From assembly GCA_012295275.1 (NCBI GenBank), contig CM022665.1, positions 11,594,001-11,658,000 on the forward strand: a stretch of 64,000 nucleotides of DNA, given 5' to 3'. Origin of the DNA: Chrysomallon squamiferum (taxonomy: Eukaryota; Animalia; Mollusca). A model generated the notes under the pieces. That model was not told where the DNA came from. It saw nothing but the letters and a program-made list of their open reading frames with translations, and ran no database searches. Every line of letters starts with the position of its first letter. Position 1 is the first letter of the stretch. Position numbers and translations under genes: made by a program. Below are positions 33,941 through 48,005 of the stretch, in pieces.

Positions 33941-36900
33941 GGTCACTGTTTGATAAATGAGATCTTGCTGAAGCTTATCAAATGAAGTGAAGTAATGCAG
34001 TTTGTGTGCTTAATGAACATTTCTTTACTCCGATCTCTTGTTTGATTTCAAACAGAACGTGAAACGGCTTGCAATCTGCTGGCGTTTGAACACAATTCCA
34101 TTAAGATTACATGTTTTTATCATTCCTTAGCATCACAAGTATATTACCTGTGAGATACATTAGCCTTTATTAGATTTTTAATATATATATTTACATGAGT
34201 GTGTATGCATGTATTCATGCACATGCACACATATGCCTAGACATACACATTTAACTGATGCATCCACTAATTTCTAAAAATGCTACTTGAATCTAAAAAT
34301 GAAAAAATTAAACCCATTAAATTAAATTCCTTTTCTATCAGATTGCTGATGACTATTTTATTTTGCCATTTTTGTTTTTTGTAGTATGTATCAAAAATAA
34401 TACTTAGTCTTTCATTATATGAAAATATTTTAATGTTTTTATAAACATAAGTAAATGTTATAAACGTGCCTGATTTTAGTCTGTAATTAATTCAGTAGTC
34501 TAAAAGTTAAAATACATACATGACTGTATTGTCAACAAAGTAGGTAACAATGAAGCAAAATAGTCTACATCAATTCATCTGTTTATATGAAAACATACTT
34601 TTGTCTTTTTTTGTCTTTTTTTTTTTTTTAGGGGGGGTTTACACCACAGTTATGTATAGTTATCTGTATACTGTTGTCTCTTTTCTTTTTTTTCCACAGT
34701 TATGTAAACTTGAAATAATAAAATTTTATAATCTGTATTTTCTATCAGTATTATATTAGTAACTAATCTGTGTATATACTTACCATTGTACTATTGCTGA
34801 AGTATTTTTTTTGATATCATTAAACATTCATTGATTGCCTTCAGAATTTTAGTATTACAAAAAATAAATGACTAAATAACATACAACTGTGCACACACTA
34901 GTTATAGATGTATATAATACACTAGTACATAGATAAATATATGTTATTGTTTAAATGGTTCTTGTTTTGTGTTTATTTTCTTTATAAAAAAACCATTTTA
35001 AGCAGGGAACTTAACTTTTTAACAGTAAGTGGCATAAATATGTTATTGGTTTCTTTAATTTTTTTGGTAAATTCTGTACTGAAAGTTTGCTTTTTTTGGT
35101 ACCCAGTTTATGACTCAAAAGATTGGTATGTAATTCTTACATATTTTATTTGTGAATAATCTTAGTACAATTAATAATTCACATATGTGTACATTAAAAA
35201 ACTTCAATAAAAATAACAAGTTCAGAATGTAAGTAAAAAGATTCTACCACAACTGGTAATAATTCTATCTTATAACCATAGATCATTTTATCTGAATATT
35301 TTGTTTTGTATAACATTAATTTTTAGACTGTAATTCTATATAGAAAAATAGATTATACTGGAATGTTTTCTTTTGTGTAACATATCTCATCCACTTAAAA
35401 TCAATAAAATTTAATTGACATGTAAAATGCATACAATAAAAAAAACCCAAACCCCAACAAAACAACAACAACAACAACAAAACAATAAAAAAACCTAAAC
35501 AATTATAAATAACTTAAAAGAACAGAAAAAGAAGTATAAAGTAGCTATTAAAACAGACATTTTTTGCATAAATGAGTAATGAAGGCTGGTTAAATTACCT
35601 GCAAGTCATCCACATTTAAAATTCCTCTGTCATTATTTCTCTCTGCTGTTTTTAGCTTTGAATTATGAAATTAAATATTGCACCCCCTCTGAGTTCACAC
35701 AGTTCTATGTTAAAATATGTGACACACAGCATAGTGCTAAATAAATACATACATATATATATAGACAGTACATTGAAAGGCTCTCTGGGAATTGTGCCCC
35801 CTCTAGGCTGTTTATAATTACTCCTACTGCATTGATTTCATTGAAATAAAGTATCAAAACTGCCCTGTGTGGCTTTCTTATCAGTATTCATAGAGATACT
35901 TCGCTACCCCCATAATACACCTACCGTGTCTCAAATTTCAGAATGCATTGAGACATACACTTAATAAGTCCACACACATCTAAATTGTATTGTTCTCTAA
36001 GTGTATCTTGTTGTTTTTAATATCTATGGGTGACTGTCAGTATTTTAGTTTTCACACCAAACTGGTATTTAGTGGCTACGTGGGGAGAGCTGAAATAATG
36101 CTTTGTGAACCTGTGAGGTGGTAATCTTCTCTGCAGATTAATGTAATGTCAGATGTTTTGGTATGATATACATTTACAGACAAATAATAAATTTTGTTTT
36201 GTATTTTTTTTAAATTGTTTTATTGCTGTCCAGGTGTCGTGTTAATATCCCAAGTAGTGAATAATATAAAGAGAATAATATTTAATAAAAAGGCATTAAG
36301 TATATCTGCTGGAAATTTTTTTTTTTAATAATAATAATAAAAAGGAAGAAAGTAAAAAAAAAAATAAGAAGAAAAATATATATTGATTTGGCATCCATTC
36401 TTTAATATGTTTCACCCATGCTTTCTTACACACATCTCGCCCACCTTAATACATATCTTCTAACATTTAAACATGCATTACCCTTTATTTTGTCAAACTT
36501 TTATGCATATGTATCTGTTTTAAGATATGTTTGTTCTTTTTTGTAAATAATTGTCAGAAAATGTTTTTGTCTTGGTTCAAAATAATATCTTAAAAAATAA
36601 GCTTTAAGTTGAAAATATTCAGAATAAAACTAGATGAACAAAATTAAAATAAGCTTAAGTTATTATTATTAAGTTAATATTATTATTATTATTATTTGTT
36701 TTTTTTGAAAGTCTACATTAACACTATTATTTAAAATAAACTTAAGTTATATAATAAACAGAATAAAAACCATTTCATACACTAATAACTATATAACAAT
36801 AACAAAAATACCACAATATATGACACATGCCAGTGATATAACAATATAGACAACCCAACTTCGTAAGATTATCCTTGTCAAATGTATGTGGTAATGCTGC

Positions 36901-37828
36901 CTAACATGGACCCTGTGTGTCACTTTACATACCTTGCTCCCAATACAATGATTACTTTTCAGTCAGGTGGACTAATGGTTTTACCTGGTAATAATCACCT
37001 TTAACCGACAGTGATAACTGCTCCTAGTGACAGTGGCATTTCACATTATCGTGGCTAATCACAAAGATAAAAAAAAAAAAAAAATTAAAAAAATGATTTC
37101 ACTGGCTTAATGATGCAGTATTTGCTGACAGTATCTATTACAGGTTGAATGATACAGGGTGAAATTGGCTATTAACATACAGTTTTGGTTCAGCCAGTTC
37201 TTTTTTCTTATTTTTTTTTTTTTTAATAATATTTTTTTTTTTTTATGTGTGAAAAAAAATAGTTGCAAATCATATTAATTTTCCTTTTTTTTAATTTTAT
37301 TATTTTTTTTAGTTATTTCTTAAACTATTTCTTATGCAAACTGGATTTAAAAAAAAAAAAAATCTGTTACTAAAATAAATCTGTTCAAAGATATGTCACC
37401 ATCATCAGTTTTGGGGAAACATCTAAATTTAACTTTATTTTTGTCACTTTTATCAATGTGTTGATAATGTTTGTCAGGCGAGAGCGAAATATTTGGTGAA
37501 ACTTTAGATAAACTGATAATTTATGTAAAATGTTTTTATCTTAGTTATGTCATTAGAACTTGGTGATATGGCTTGAAGTAAACTTTCTGGATGATTTATA
37601 TGAACATTAAATTATTTATGTAATAATAATGATACCAGTGCCTTTAGTAACTAAATAAATATGTTAAATTCTCAATGAAACAGCTGAGAGAAATGTTTGA
37701 AATGGAAATTATATGGATAAGATATTTACATAATTACATTTAAACACATTCATTAATTTTGTTTCTCTTTCATTGTTCATTTCTTTATTTTTCTGTTTGT
37801 ATCTTTCTGTCTGTGTGTCTCTGTCTGT

Positions 37829-37829
<1 letters not shown>

Positions 37830-37878
<49 letters not shown>
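37830..37878. repeat. (CA)n microsatellite
   Basis: Directly visible. Confidence 0.95.
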
Positions 37879-37884
<6 letters not shown>

Positions 37885-40009
37885 GACCACCAGTGAGAAG
37901 TGTAAAAAAATACAGATTAATCCTATAACTTGTAGCCCCTTGGATTTACTTCAGAGATAACAGTCTCTGTGGGTAAATTTCAAACATGCTTTCATCACAG
38001 AACTGGTCAAGAATGCAAGTCATGATAACAGAACTGATTTTTTAAACCAGTAATTCCTTGGGTGAACATTTAACTGTTGAACTAACTGTGGGTGTGAATG
38101 AATGTTCCATCATAAGAAGTATTCATGAGCATAATTCTGACTTTGTTTAAGGGGATTAATCAACAACATTAAAATCATGTACTATAATCTGGGTGGACAC
38201 TTTACTGGAGAGGCAGTTGTAGGTGTGGGTACATTTTTAACATGCATTTAGCAGAGAACTGTTCAAGCATGCTGGTTATGGACACAATCTCTGACTTCAC
38301 ACACAGTGTTCTGTCTAACTCAGAGATGAGTTAATTAATTTTCTAGACCAGCTAATGTCATCACAGGTCTGATCTGGTTGTCAGGTGAAGTAGCAACTAA
38401 AACAAAGAAACAGTTCACCCATGTTTCAACATTTCTTTGTTTACCATGGACCACAAGAATGTGCAATCATTCAGAATCTTTGTGCTTCATTAACCATCAC
38501 TTATCTATCTTGTATGTGTAAATTAATGAGTCACTCGAGTAAATCAAATAGCTGCAAGCTTTCAGGCATGATATACCTCCCACATATATGTTTGTTTATC
38601 CTTTGTTTTATTATCAACACCTTACAGACAAGATATATTGTTTATTATCACACTCAAATAAATAATTATTATTTGGCAGTGATAATAAAATGAAAATAAA
38701 AATCAGGGAAGATAATTACAATAAATATAATAATAATAATATTAATAATAATAATAATAATAATGTATTATTATATATAAATGTAGATTATAAATATCTG
38801 GAAACAAAATATTGTTATTAAGAAAGAAAGAATGTTTATTTAATAAGACCTCAGCACATTTTAATAGTAATGGTTGTGGTTTTTATATAAGATTTCTATT
38901 GGAATTATTGTCATTGTTCCATGGGTACACTTGTTTATTAGCAGTAAGGAATCTTTGTGTGTGTGTGTGTGTGTGTGTGCGTGTGCATGTGTTATAGTTT
39001 TAGATAGAAGTGCAGACCACTGACTAGAATAGGAAATACATAATGGATTGATCTTGTAATGTTTCACAAATGATAAGCACATTTCATTATTATGAATAAA
39101 CTGATGAATAAAAACATTATAACATTATTTAATTTTTTTGTTTTGTTTTATGTTACTCACTTACTTCAACAATAAACATGCACATACACACAACCAACCA
39201 TACACATAAGCTATAGATGCATATATACACTAGTATATAGATATGCATACTACCATATAAATATATACTTAGTATACATACCTTGTATAACTACATACAT
39301 ATACAAGTGTGCACAAACATATATAGATGTATACATAATATTAGAAATGAATATACACAGATTATGTAGTATATAAACATACCTCAGTAACATGATACAT
39401 TATTTTTACACTATCTACAGATCATCAACCTCAATATGGTGTAAAATAATAAATATATTTTACACATCTCAGCAACAGTAATTATTTGTATCACATTAAG
39501 TTGCGTGTACACATAATTATTAGTTACACTTACCACTAATGAATGTTAATTGCAAGCTCCTGATTGTAATAATTGATATGTACTGACACTAATGTTTTAG
39601 AAATATATATATAAAATATATTACTGATTTTTCACTGTGTCATGAACAGGAAACCACTGTACCTGTGTTGCAACACATGGTATATTAATTAACCTACATT
39701 AGCACAAAAGTAGTTAGATTGTCTGTCACCTGAAATGCATTGTATATAATATTATGCATACTTTTGTATGGAGGTGGGGAGCACATTTAAATGTGGCATT
39801 TGTCATTGATATTATTGGTCAGTTTAAATGATGATGTGTAACATGGATACATTATTGTGTAAGCAGTGCTGGAATTTTTTAAAACATATTGTGTTAATTG
39901 GGATTCAGTTTTTTGTATTAATAATTTGATTCCTGTTTGTTTTAAATAATGTAAATTAAAAATTGTTTTGATGCTGTGAAACATTGTACTCTATAGTGTT
40001 ACTGGAAAT

Positions 40010-40046
<37 letters not shown>

Positions 40047-40639
40047 CTTGAAATTTTTACTAACATATTGTTTTAAAAAAACAGAGGCTATTTATTTTCA
40101 GAAATCTTGTGCTCTCTGTTAACTGTGTTAAAGGTCTAAGGTAAAATGTATGTGTACACCTGGTGTATTTATATTAAGGTAACATAATAGTTATAAGCAA
40201 TATCTGCTCATGATGGATAGCATTGTCATCACAATTTATACTGTCAGATAAATGATCTGACATTGATCATCAATCATTACAAAGATAAGCAAGGAAAGAT
40301 CCAAGAGGAGAATCAGAAGAGGTGTCTGGTTATTATTATTATTATTATTTTAATTTTATTTTTGTTTTTTTAATTATTTTTTTGTTATTTTTTAAAATAG
40401 ATATATATATATATATATATAGATAGATAGATAGATAGATACAGATATAGATATGGGTTCAGTAATTTTATATAATGTTCAGTTATGTATACAAACACAA
40501 AAACATTTTATTGTTTATTTTTACCTGAAAACAGATATTAAGTAAAAATGATGATTTCTCAACAAATCTTCAGTACTAACTAATCAAATGCTTTGTTTTT
40601 CCAGATTTCAATAAATACATTTATAAAACTTTTGTCCAT

Positions 40640-41490
40640 GCATGGATGAATACATGTTGACATGTTAAGAACTAAGTTGCTGATATTTTCATCCTCTGTC
40701 CATCATGCTGTGATATTCTGGTCAGTATGATCTGGTCTGTTGATAGCATGATGGACATGTGGATAAACATACAGAGGCAGATGGACATGCCTGTTATAAT
40801 ATGTACATGTCCAGGATGGCTTTTTCTACAAAAAGTTCTATACTGTTGTGGGTTTTAAAAACATATTTTATGGAGTTTTGAATTTATCTGGTCTGTTGGA
40901 CATGCTGGTAAATAAAAAAAATGGTAGTTAGATAAACATTGCTATTATAGTATATTCAGATGTTATTAAATTTTTGGCCCTGTATGGTTGGTGGAGGTTG
41001 GGTCTTTTTAAAGTTATTTTTTTATGTCAGTCAAAATAGTTGCTGTGTTGATAGCATGATAGACATGTTGATAAACATACACTGGCAGATGGACATGGCT
41101 TTTAGAAAACATACATGTCCAAACATTTTTGGTAAAAAATAATAAAAAATAAAAATAAAAATAAAAAACCAGTTAGGACTTTTATTATTTGTTATTTTTT
41201 GGCTTTGTATTTCTTTAAAAAAAAATTATACATTTTATGGCATTTTGAAGTTACCTGGTCTGGTGGGTACATCAGTAAACACACAGTGACAGATGGACAT
41301 GGCTATTGTAAGGTGTCCATGTTCAGCATGCTTTTGTGAAATGTTTAGTACTGTTATAATTAAAATTTGTGCCTTATGCTGTTGTTGTTGTTTTGTTTTG
41401 AAATTATATTTTATGGTATTTTGAACAGCATGATGGACATGGTTGATAAAGATAAAATGGCTGATGGATATAGCCTATAACTATCCAACA
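40640..41490. repeat. Degenerate tandem repeat, about 150-200 bp units
   Basis: gatagcatgatggacatg..gataaacatac..ggcagatggacatg at ~40742, 41050 and 41426; variants at ~40890 and 41257. Confidence 0.7.
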
Positions 41491-42798
41491 TGATTTTTTT
41501 GTGATGTGGCTTTCAACCTTGCATTTAAAATAATTTATTCAGTTGATACTAGTGTATATACTTTTGTGACATTTCTGTATATTTTTATTTTTAATGTTTA
41601 TACTTTATTCATTTGATTTCTTATATATTTTTATATATGTCTGTGTTTGTATGTATTTTCTCTGTTTGTATGTGTCTGTGTTTATAATTTTGGTAAACTT
41701 TGAAATGCTTGTAAATAAACCTATCCTCATACTTAACCACAATGTGTTTATAAAGTAGATAAAAGTATAGTAAACACTTTAAGATCGCCACAGCTGGTCA
41801 GTCAGGCTTGAGTAGATTTACTATCAGCCATTGTGTTATTACAGCCTGTTTTCAAAACAGAGGCACACGCAGCCTTCCATCAGCCAACATCATTAACAAC
41901 ACAGAACAAATCAGCCCCAGGTAATAATTGCAACAACAAGGTTAAACCAAAAAGCCTGCATGCAAGCTGCATGATTTTTAGCTGGACATGTCCATCTGTT
42001 CAATTTGATCAGATCAATGCTTGACCACTGCTGGGTGGCATGGCTTTCTGGACTTGCTGGCAGGATTCTCTGGACATGTCAGAGGAAGATTCTACTACTA
42101 TGGCAGGAGTGTTTGAAATTATTAAGTTTCTGTAAACATGGTCAGAAAACATGGATTTCCATCTGTCACATTCTTCCTCATTAGGGATGATTTGTTTGTA
42201 TGGTGTTTAATAGATATCTGTTTTGGGTGTTAGTGTCAGTTTGGAAACAAATTGAGACTAATGGGCTCAGGTCCTTATGTTTACTATAAACAGGTGAATC
42301 TGATATGTGGAGTACATTGTTTTAATAACAACTTGTCTGCTTCTAGCCGCTCGTGTTTACCTTTCATAATTTCTCTCAGTTTTGGCATGTGTGTGTGGGT
42401 GTCAGTGCATGAGTGTGTGTATGTGTGTGTAATGCTATTATTATTTATTTATTTTACTTTAGTGTTTTTTTGTTTATTTATTTATTTATTGTTGTTTTTT
42501 TTTTTTTTTACAAATTTTATTATTATTTATTTTTCTAAAGGTGACAGCATTTCCTTATTCATATAATTAAACAAGAAACTTATTAATAAGAAAAAGTGTT
42601 AAGGTGTTTTTAATAAAACATTTATTAATTCTGTTACATTGCCAAACTGTTGATATTGAATTCTTAAATAAATAGCATTGAATAATTTACTAAATAACAT
42701 AATTATTTCTTAGTTACAGAAATTTTATTATTCCTCACATCTTCAGAAATATGTGTCCAGAGAGAGCACAACTGTTTTAAAAATAAGACAATACAGAG

Positions 42799-42980
42799 CC
42801 CATTAGCTAATCAGAAACATTAATTAAAGGGTCAGTCTTAATTAGTTTAATGAAGTACATCTTAACTGCAAGAATAACAACATACTTCTTCTTAAAGACA
42901 GGCAGTCCTCTTGGCCATTAGCTAATTAGAAACCTTAATTATTAGGTCAGACTAATTACCTTAAGCTTAATGAAGTTCAT
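42799..42980. repeat. Tandem duplication of about 115 bp, rich in TAAT motifs
   Basis: ccattagctaat.agaaac.ttaatta..ggtcag..taatta at ~42799 and ~42914. Confidence 0.8.
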
Positions 42981-43136
42981 CCTCTTATATAAAAGCAAAC
43001 ACTGAGTGTTTGTTTAGTATAATGTGTGACTATTATCTGCCCATCTGCACACTTCACACATTTAACACATAGCCTATACAGTATTCTTTGAAGTTCTTTC
43101 CATTTCCTGTAATGGCAGATGTTTGAAAATTTGGCT

Positions 43137-43225
43137 GTGTGGCCAGGTGGACAGCTACATGGGCATGTGTGGACATCTAGAAGGGCATGTTTGTGGACAG
43201 CTATATGGGCTGCATGTCCTGTGGT
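43137..43225. repeat. Short minisatellite (gtggacagctacatgggcatgt), 3-4 copies
   Basis: Directly visible, about 21-23 bp period. Confidence 0.7.
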
Positions 43226-46019
43226 TTGACCACTTGTATGTGAGAGGGAGCAACAGAAGGGACAGCTGGTCCAATATAATTTTGATAACAGTTTATAAAC
43301 TATCAGGCTTTGTTTTTGTCAGTGTTCAAACTGTTCATCATTAAATATTGGGCAACAGTTGTTACTTTAAAAAAAACCACATAAATAAATAAATTGACAG
43401 TGGTAGTAGTAGCAGTAACAACAACAACTAATATATATCAAGAGAATATGTCTTTTCTCTTTTTGTCTTTAAGGTTACGTTACAGTTTTAACTTCCTGTC
43501 TGTTTGAGGGCAAAAGTATATAATTTGGCATAAAGCTTATTTTATGATTTTATTTCTTTAATTTATCTTTATCGTGCTAAACATTTTCTGGCAAACAAAA
43601 CTTACATTTACCTGTTAATTTGATACATGTTTTCCAAATAAACATATTACAGTATATATTCTAGAAATAAAAGATGGTTCTCTCTCTTTTTCTTTTGTCC
43701 TTATTTTTCATACACACACACACACAAAGCTTTTCTCTTCAGCTCAGCTAATATTTTATAAAATAACAAAATGTTACATGTTCTAAGATCAGCCTGTTAA
43801 TAAAGATAAGAAGCTGTATTTAATAATAGTTTTTAAGTAACCTAATCTAACAGCATATTGTATCACACAACCAAGCATGAAACAGCTGTTTTCATTGGTT
43901 GTTTTTTCATTACTGTGTTTGAATCATGCTGTTACATCTAGTTTTGAAATTACTTTACCATTTTTTTTTTTTTTTTTTTTTACTATCCTTTTTGTTTCTA
44001 TAAATTGCATGTTTTGCAGTTTTTAAAATTAATCTTTTTCTCTGTGTATTCTTGATTTTTACCTTGAAGGGCAGCAGCTGTGACATACAAAATGTATTGC
44101 CAGCCTTTCATTGATTAATGCTTTTGATAAATGTAAAATCAACAAACAATTAAATGGGTTATAAGAATAATGTGGGATTTTTTGTTGTTGTTTTTCAGCA
44201 CTGTGACTGCATGGTGACATTTGATTGTTTGACTTCATGTTAAGAGGAAAATACTTAATGATGATGTTTGATTGTTTCAATTTGCGATAATAGAATAATA
44301 TTTAAGTACTTTGAGTTTTCAGTCATTAACTGTTTTTTTGTTCATTTAAGCTGGCTAAAAGTAAACAAAATCATACATGTTTTATAATGTTTTAATATAA
44401 ATGGGATTAAGTTTGTTTTGTTTTTTGTTTTTTTTTAAACCAAAATTTGGATTATTCTCTCACCAAATCCTCTATATGGCTTATAATATTTGTTCAAGAA
44501 ACAAATTCACAAAATACTTGCTGTTCAATTTGAAATTAAACCACTTTCTACAATAAGATGAAGTAGGTTTTTATATTACATTAACAATAACAAATATATA
44601 TATAAATTTTACTGCTGCTGCTGCTACTACTCTACTTCTAATAACAACAACAACAAAATAAATAAAACATACACCAACAAAATTAAAAGAAAAATAAAAC
44701 TGTCCAAAGTAAACAAGAACAGCCTATGTTTCAGCTTGTCCTGCTGTTGCTCTGGGTACCTCTTTGTACTGATTCCCCCGCCAAACTATTTTTTAATTTT
44801 TTTTTTTTTATTACTTTGAAATGAAGCCAGTGGGAGCAGGTGTTTATCCAGCCTTACAGCTGTGCTACCCCACATCCTGGTGGGGCAGTTTCACCATGCT
44901 GAAATAACTCCACTGTTATGTATGAACATAGCAACTGTTGCTATTCCCACACACCATTAACAGTTGTAAATGAAAATATCTTACACTAACAAAGACTATT
45001 CATGTCTTTCATCATGTCACATACTATCATTTTGGTAATGTTTTGTAAAGGATGAATAATTCAGATCTAGATAGTTTATAGTGTTTGTGGTTTTGTAGTT
45101 AGTGAACAGTGGAGAGAGAAGTATGTGTGTGCATTTTTGCATGTGTTCTTGCTTGCACATGTATGCATTTCAGATGTGTAAAGTACTGACATACATATCA
45201 AAACACACATAATTTAAAGTTTATATACAATAGTTTTTAAACAAAGACATTTGATAATATCCAAAATAGGATAAACATTTAGTTTCATTTTGAGAATTTA
45301 TTTATGTATTTATTTTTCTTTTAAAATGAACATCCTTTTCTTAAACTGCTAACAAATCTAAAAATAGTGAAATATTTTACATTGATTAATGAATTCTGAT
45401 ATTCAACAATAAAGAGAAACATTTGAATGGTAAATATTTAATGAAAATTTTGACATTTTCAGCTATATCACTTATTAATATTTCTAAGACATTCAATATC
45501 ATTTTCTTTCAACAACTCTGTAAAACAATACATTTTATTACCTTCAAGTATGTGAAGTTCCTGAAATTTCAGTTATTTGTCACAAAGGTATGTAGTATCA
45601 CTAAACTGGTAGCATATGTTCTTGGCAGGCGATTGTGAGATAACAGCTTTTATTTATATTAATATTTATAACACACACACCAGCTTCACCTTTGATATTT
45701 GATAATTGTAGAGATTTTGAGTGTGGAAAATTGCTAAGTATTTTGTGGAAGAAAGGATATATCATAAACATTTTGAAAATTCATTTGTGGCTTTTTGTGA
45801 GTCTTTATAGATAATATAATAATAAAATAATAATGATAATGATAATAATAATGAAATATATTATTATTAGTATAATATTTATTTATAGGTAGTGTATATT
45901 TATTTGTATGTCTGTATCTCATGTCAGTGTTATATGTGGACACATTGCCTGTGTGTGTGTGTGTGTGTGTGTGATGCAATTCATTAACCTGTAAAAGTAA
46001 ATACAGAACATTATATTTT

Positions 46020-46675
46020 ATTAAAACTTTAGCGTAAATGTTTCCTTGTTATTACTCCATATCTAATAGGCCATTGTTATCTCCCAGTAAAACTGTAGTA
46101 ATATATTTTTCTTCTTGTCATTTATCTGTGTCTAACAGTTACATCTCTCAGTGTAGATTAATAAAGCTAGAGACATACTTTTTTTCTTCTTGTTATTCAT
46201 CTTTCTAATAGCTACCATTTCCTAGTACAGTCTAGAGTCAGTGTTATTCCATTTTCTTTCTTGTTACTCATCTGTGTCTAACTGTCAGTTACCATCTCCC
46301 TGTATAGATTAATAAAGCTAGAGGCATATTTTTTCCTTTTTGTTAGTCACCTCTGTCTAATAGTTACATCTCTCAGTGTAAATTAATTAAGCTAGAGACA
46401 TACTTTTTTCATTTTTGTTACTTGTCTGTCTCTAAATAGTCAATTACCATATCCCAGAGTAGATTAATAAAACTTGAGGCATACTTTATCATTCATATGT
46501 GTCTAATTGTCAGTTAGCATCTCCCAATGTAGATTAATTTAGCTAGAGGCATACATTTTTCTTTCTTGTTATTCATCTGTAACTACCAAGTCCTGATGTA
46601 GATTAATAAAGCTAAAGTCAACGTTTTTTCCTTCTTGTTACTCATCTGTGTCTAACAGTCAGTTACCATCTCACA
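46020..46675. repeat. Minisatellite, about 70-80 bp unit, about 8-9 copies
   Basis: gtagattaataaagctagag.catac..cttgttactcatctgtgtctaa..gttaccatctc recurring (46153, 46303, 46378, 46459, 46529, 46598). Confidence 0.85.
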
Positions 46676-47344
46676 GAATCTTTAATTGATTTGGGCACCA
46701 ACATACACAAACTCTCACTTGTCTGTCTTCCTCTTCTTTGATCTCTGCTGGCTGGCAGTGTGAAGTTTTTCCACCTCATTTCTTCTGTCACCTCTACTCC
46801 ATCTATTACTGTTAATTGGTTTTGTCAGGACGTATAAGTTGTGGTTCTTTTTTTATTCATCTGTATTTGACTGGTGATATATGACTACTCCAGTGATAAG
46901 TTATTGCTTGTACCAGTTTTCAGCTTCAGTTAAAGAGCTGATGTGGTAAAAGGTTGAGCAGGGAAATGATAAGAGAAAATGAGAGTCTGTTAATAGAATA
47001 ATCTGTAGAAAATCTCTACATAATGTCTCTTTCAGTTTACATACTTACATAAATCTTTGGGAGAGCATTCTAGCTTTCTTGTTAGAATGTTGGCCAAAGT
47101 CATAATACTGTTACTATTTCTGTTGTTTTTACTGCTGCATTACAAAAATGCACTACTCTACTACTACTGTTACTACTACAGCTGCTGCCACTTTTGCTAT
47201 TTTGGCTGCTGCTACTACTACTATTCCTACTGCTGCTGCCAATGTTGCTCTGCTGCTGCTATTGTTGAAGCTACTATTATTGTTACTACTTCTATTAATA
47301 ATAATTAAAAAAAATAAGTTTAATAATACTAATCAGTCATAGGA

Positions 47345-47580
47345 TCTATTCTCATTACTATTACACTTCAGGATTTAAAAAAAAAGAAATTCTGTTCAGC
47401 ACTACATTTGGCTGGTTTATCATCAGTTTAGTTACATGCTTTATTCTTAATGGAAACATATAAAATACATTTGCTGCTAATGAATAAAAGAAATGAAAAA
47501 GAGTCTTTCTTTCCTATATTATCATTTATACAACATCTAATGCAAATATGTTAAGGTGTCGTTAAATATTCATTTATTTA
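47345..47580. mobile_element. Decayed interspersed repeat (SINE-like), copy 2
   Basis: ataaaatacatttgctgctaatgaataaaag core and gttaaggtgtcgttaaatattcattta tail. Confidence 0.4.
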
Positions 47581-47886
47581 CTTATACTACATGTCTTTCT
47601 CAAACCACAAATCAGAAATTAGAAATGTGAAATGGTTTTTCATTTTTTCTTTCTTTTTTTCTTTCTTTTCTTTTGTTTTCCAAATGTTTTATATCAGTTA
47701 CTGTTTCAGGTTTAGTTTTTGTAGTTCATGCAGTATGAAATAAATACATAACATTCACCTGCAAGATCATAAAAAAAGATAAAGAGCTGTACAGGCACAC
47801 ACATAAAACAAATTAGTATGAGCTTACATGTATATTTAAGACTGTAGAATACAGATTAAACAAACATATTCTGTTGCTCTATCTGC

Positions 47887-48005
<119 letters not shown>

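Noticed and set aside
41845-41920. Plus-strand AG...GT segment tested as the next ASCC3 exon
   Set aside because: Stop codon in the required phase-2 frame and no similarity to the expected ASCC3 sequence.
47057-47342. Low-complexity ORFs (YYCC/TTAA/LLLL)
   Set aside because: Degenerate (CTA/CTG)n trinucleotide repeat.
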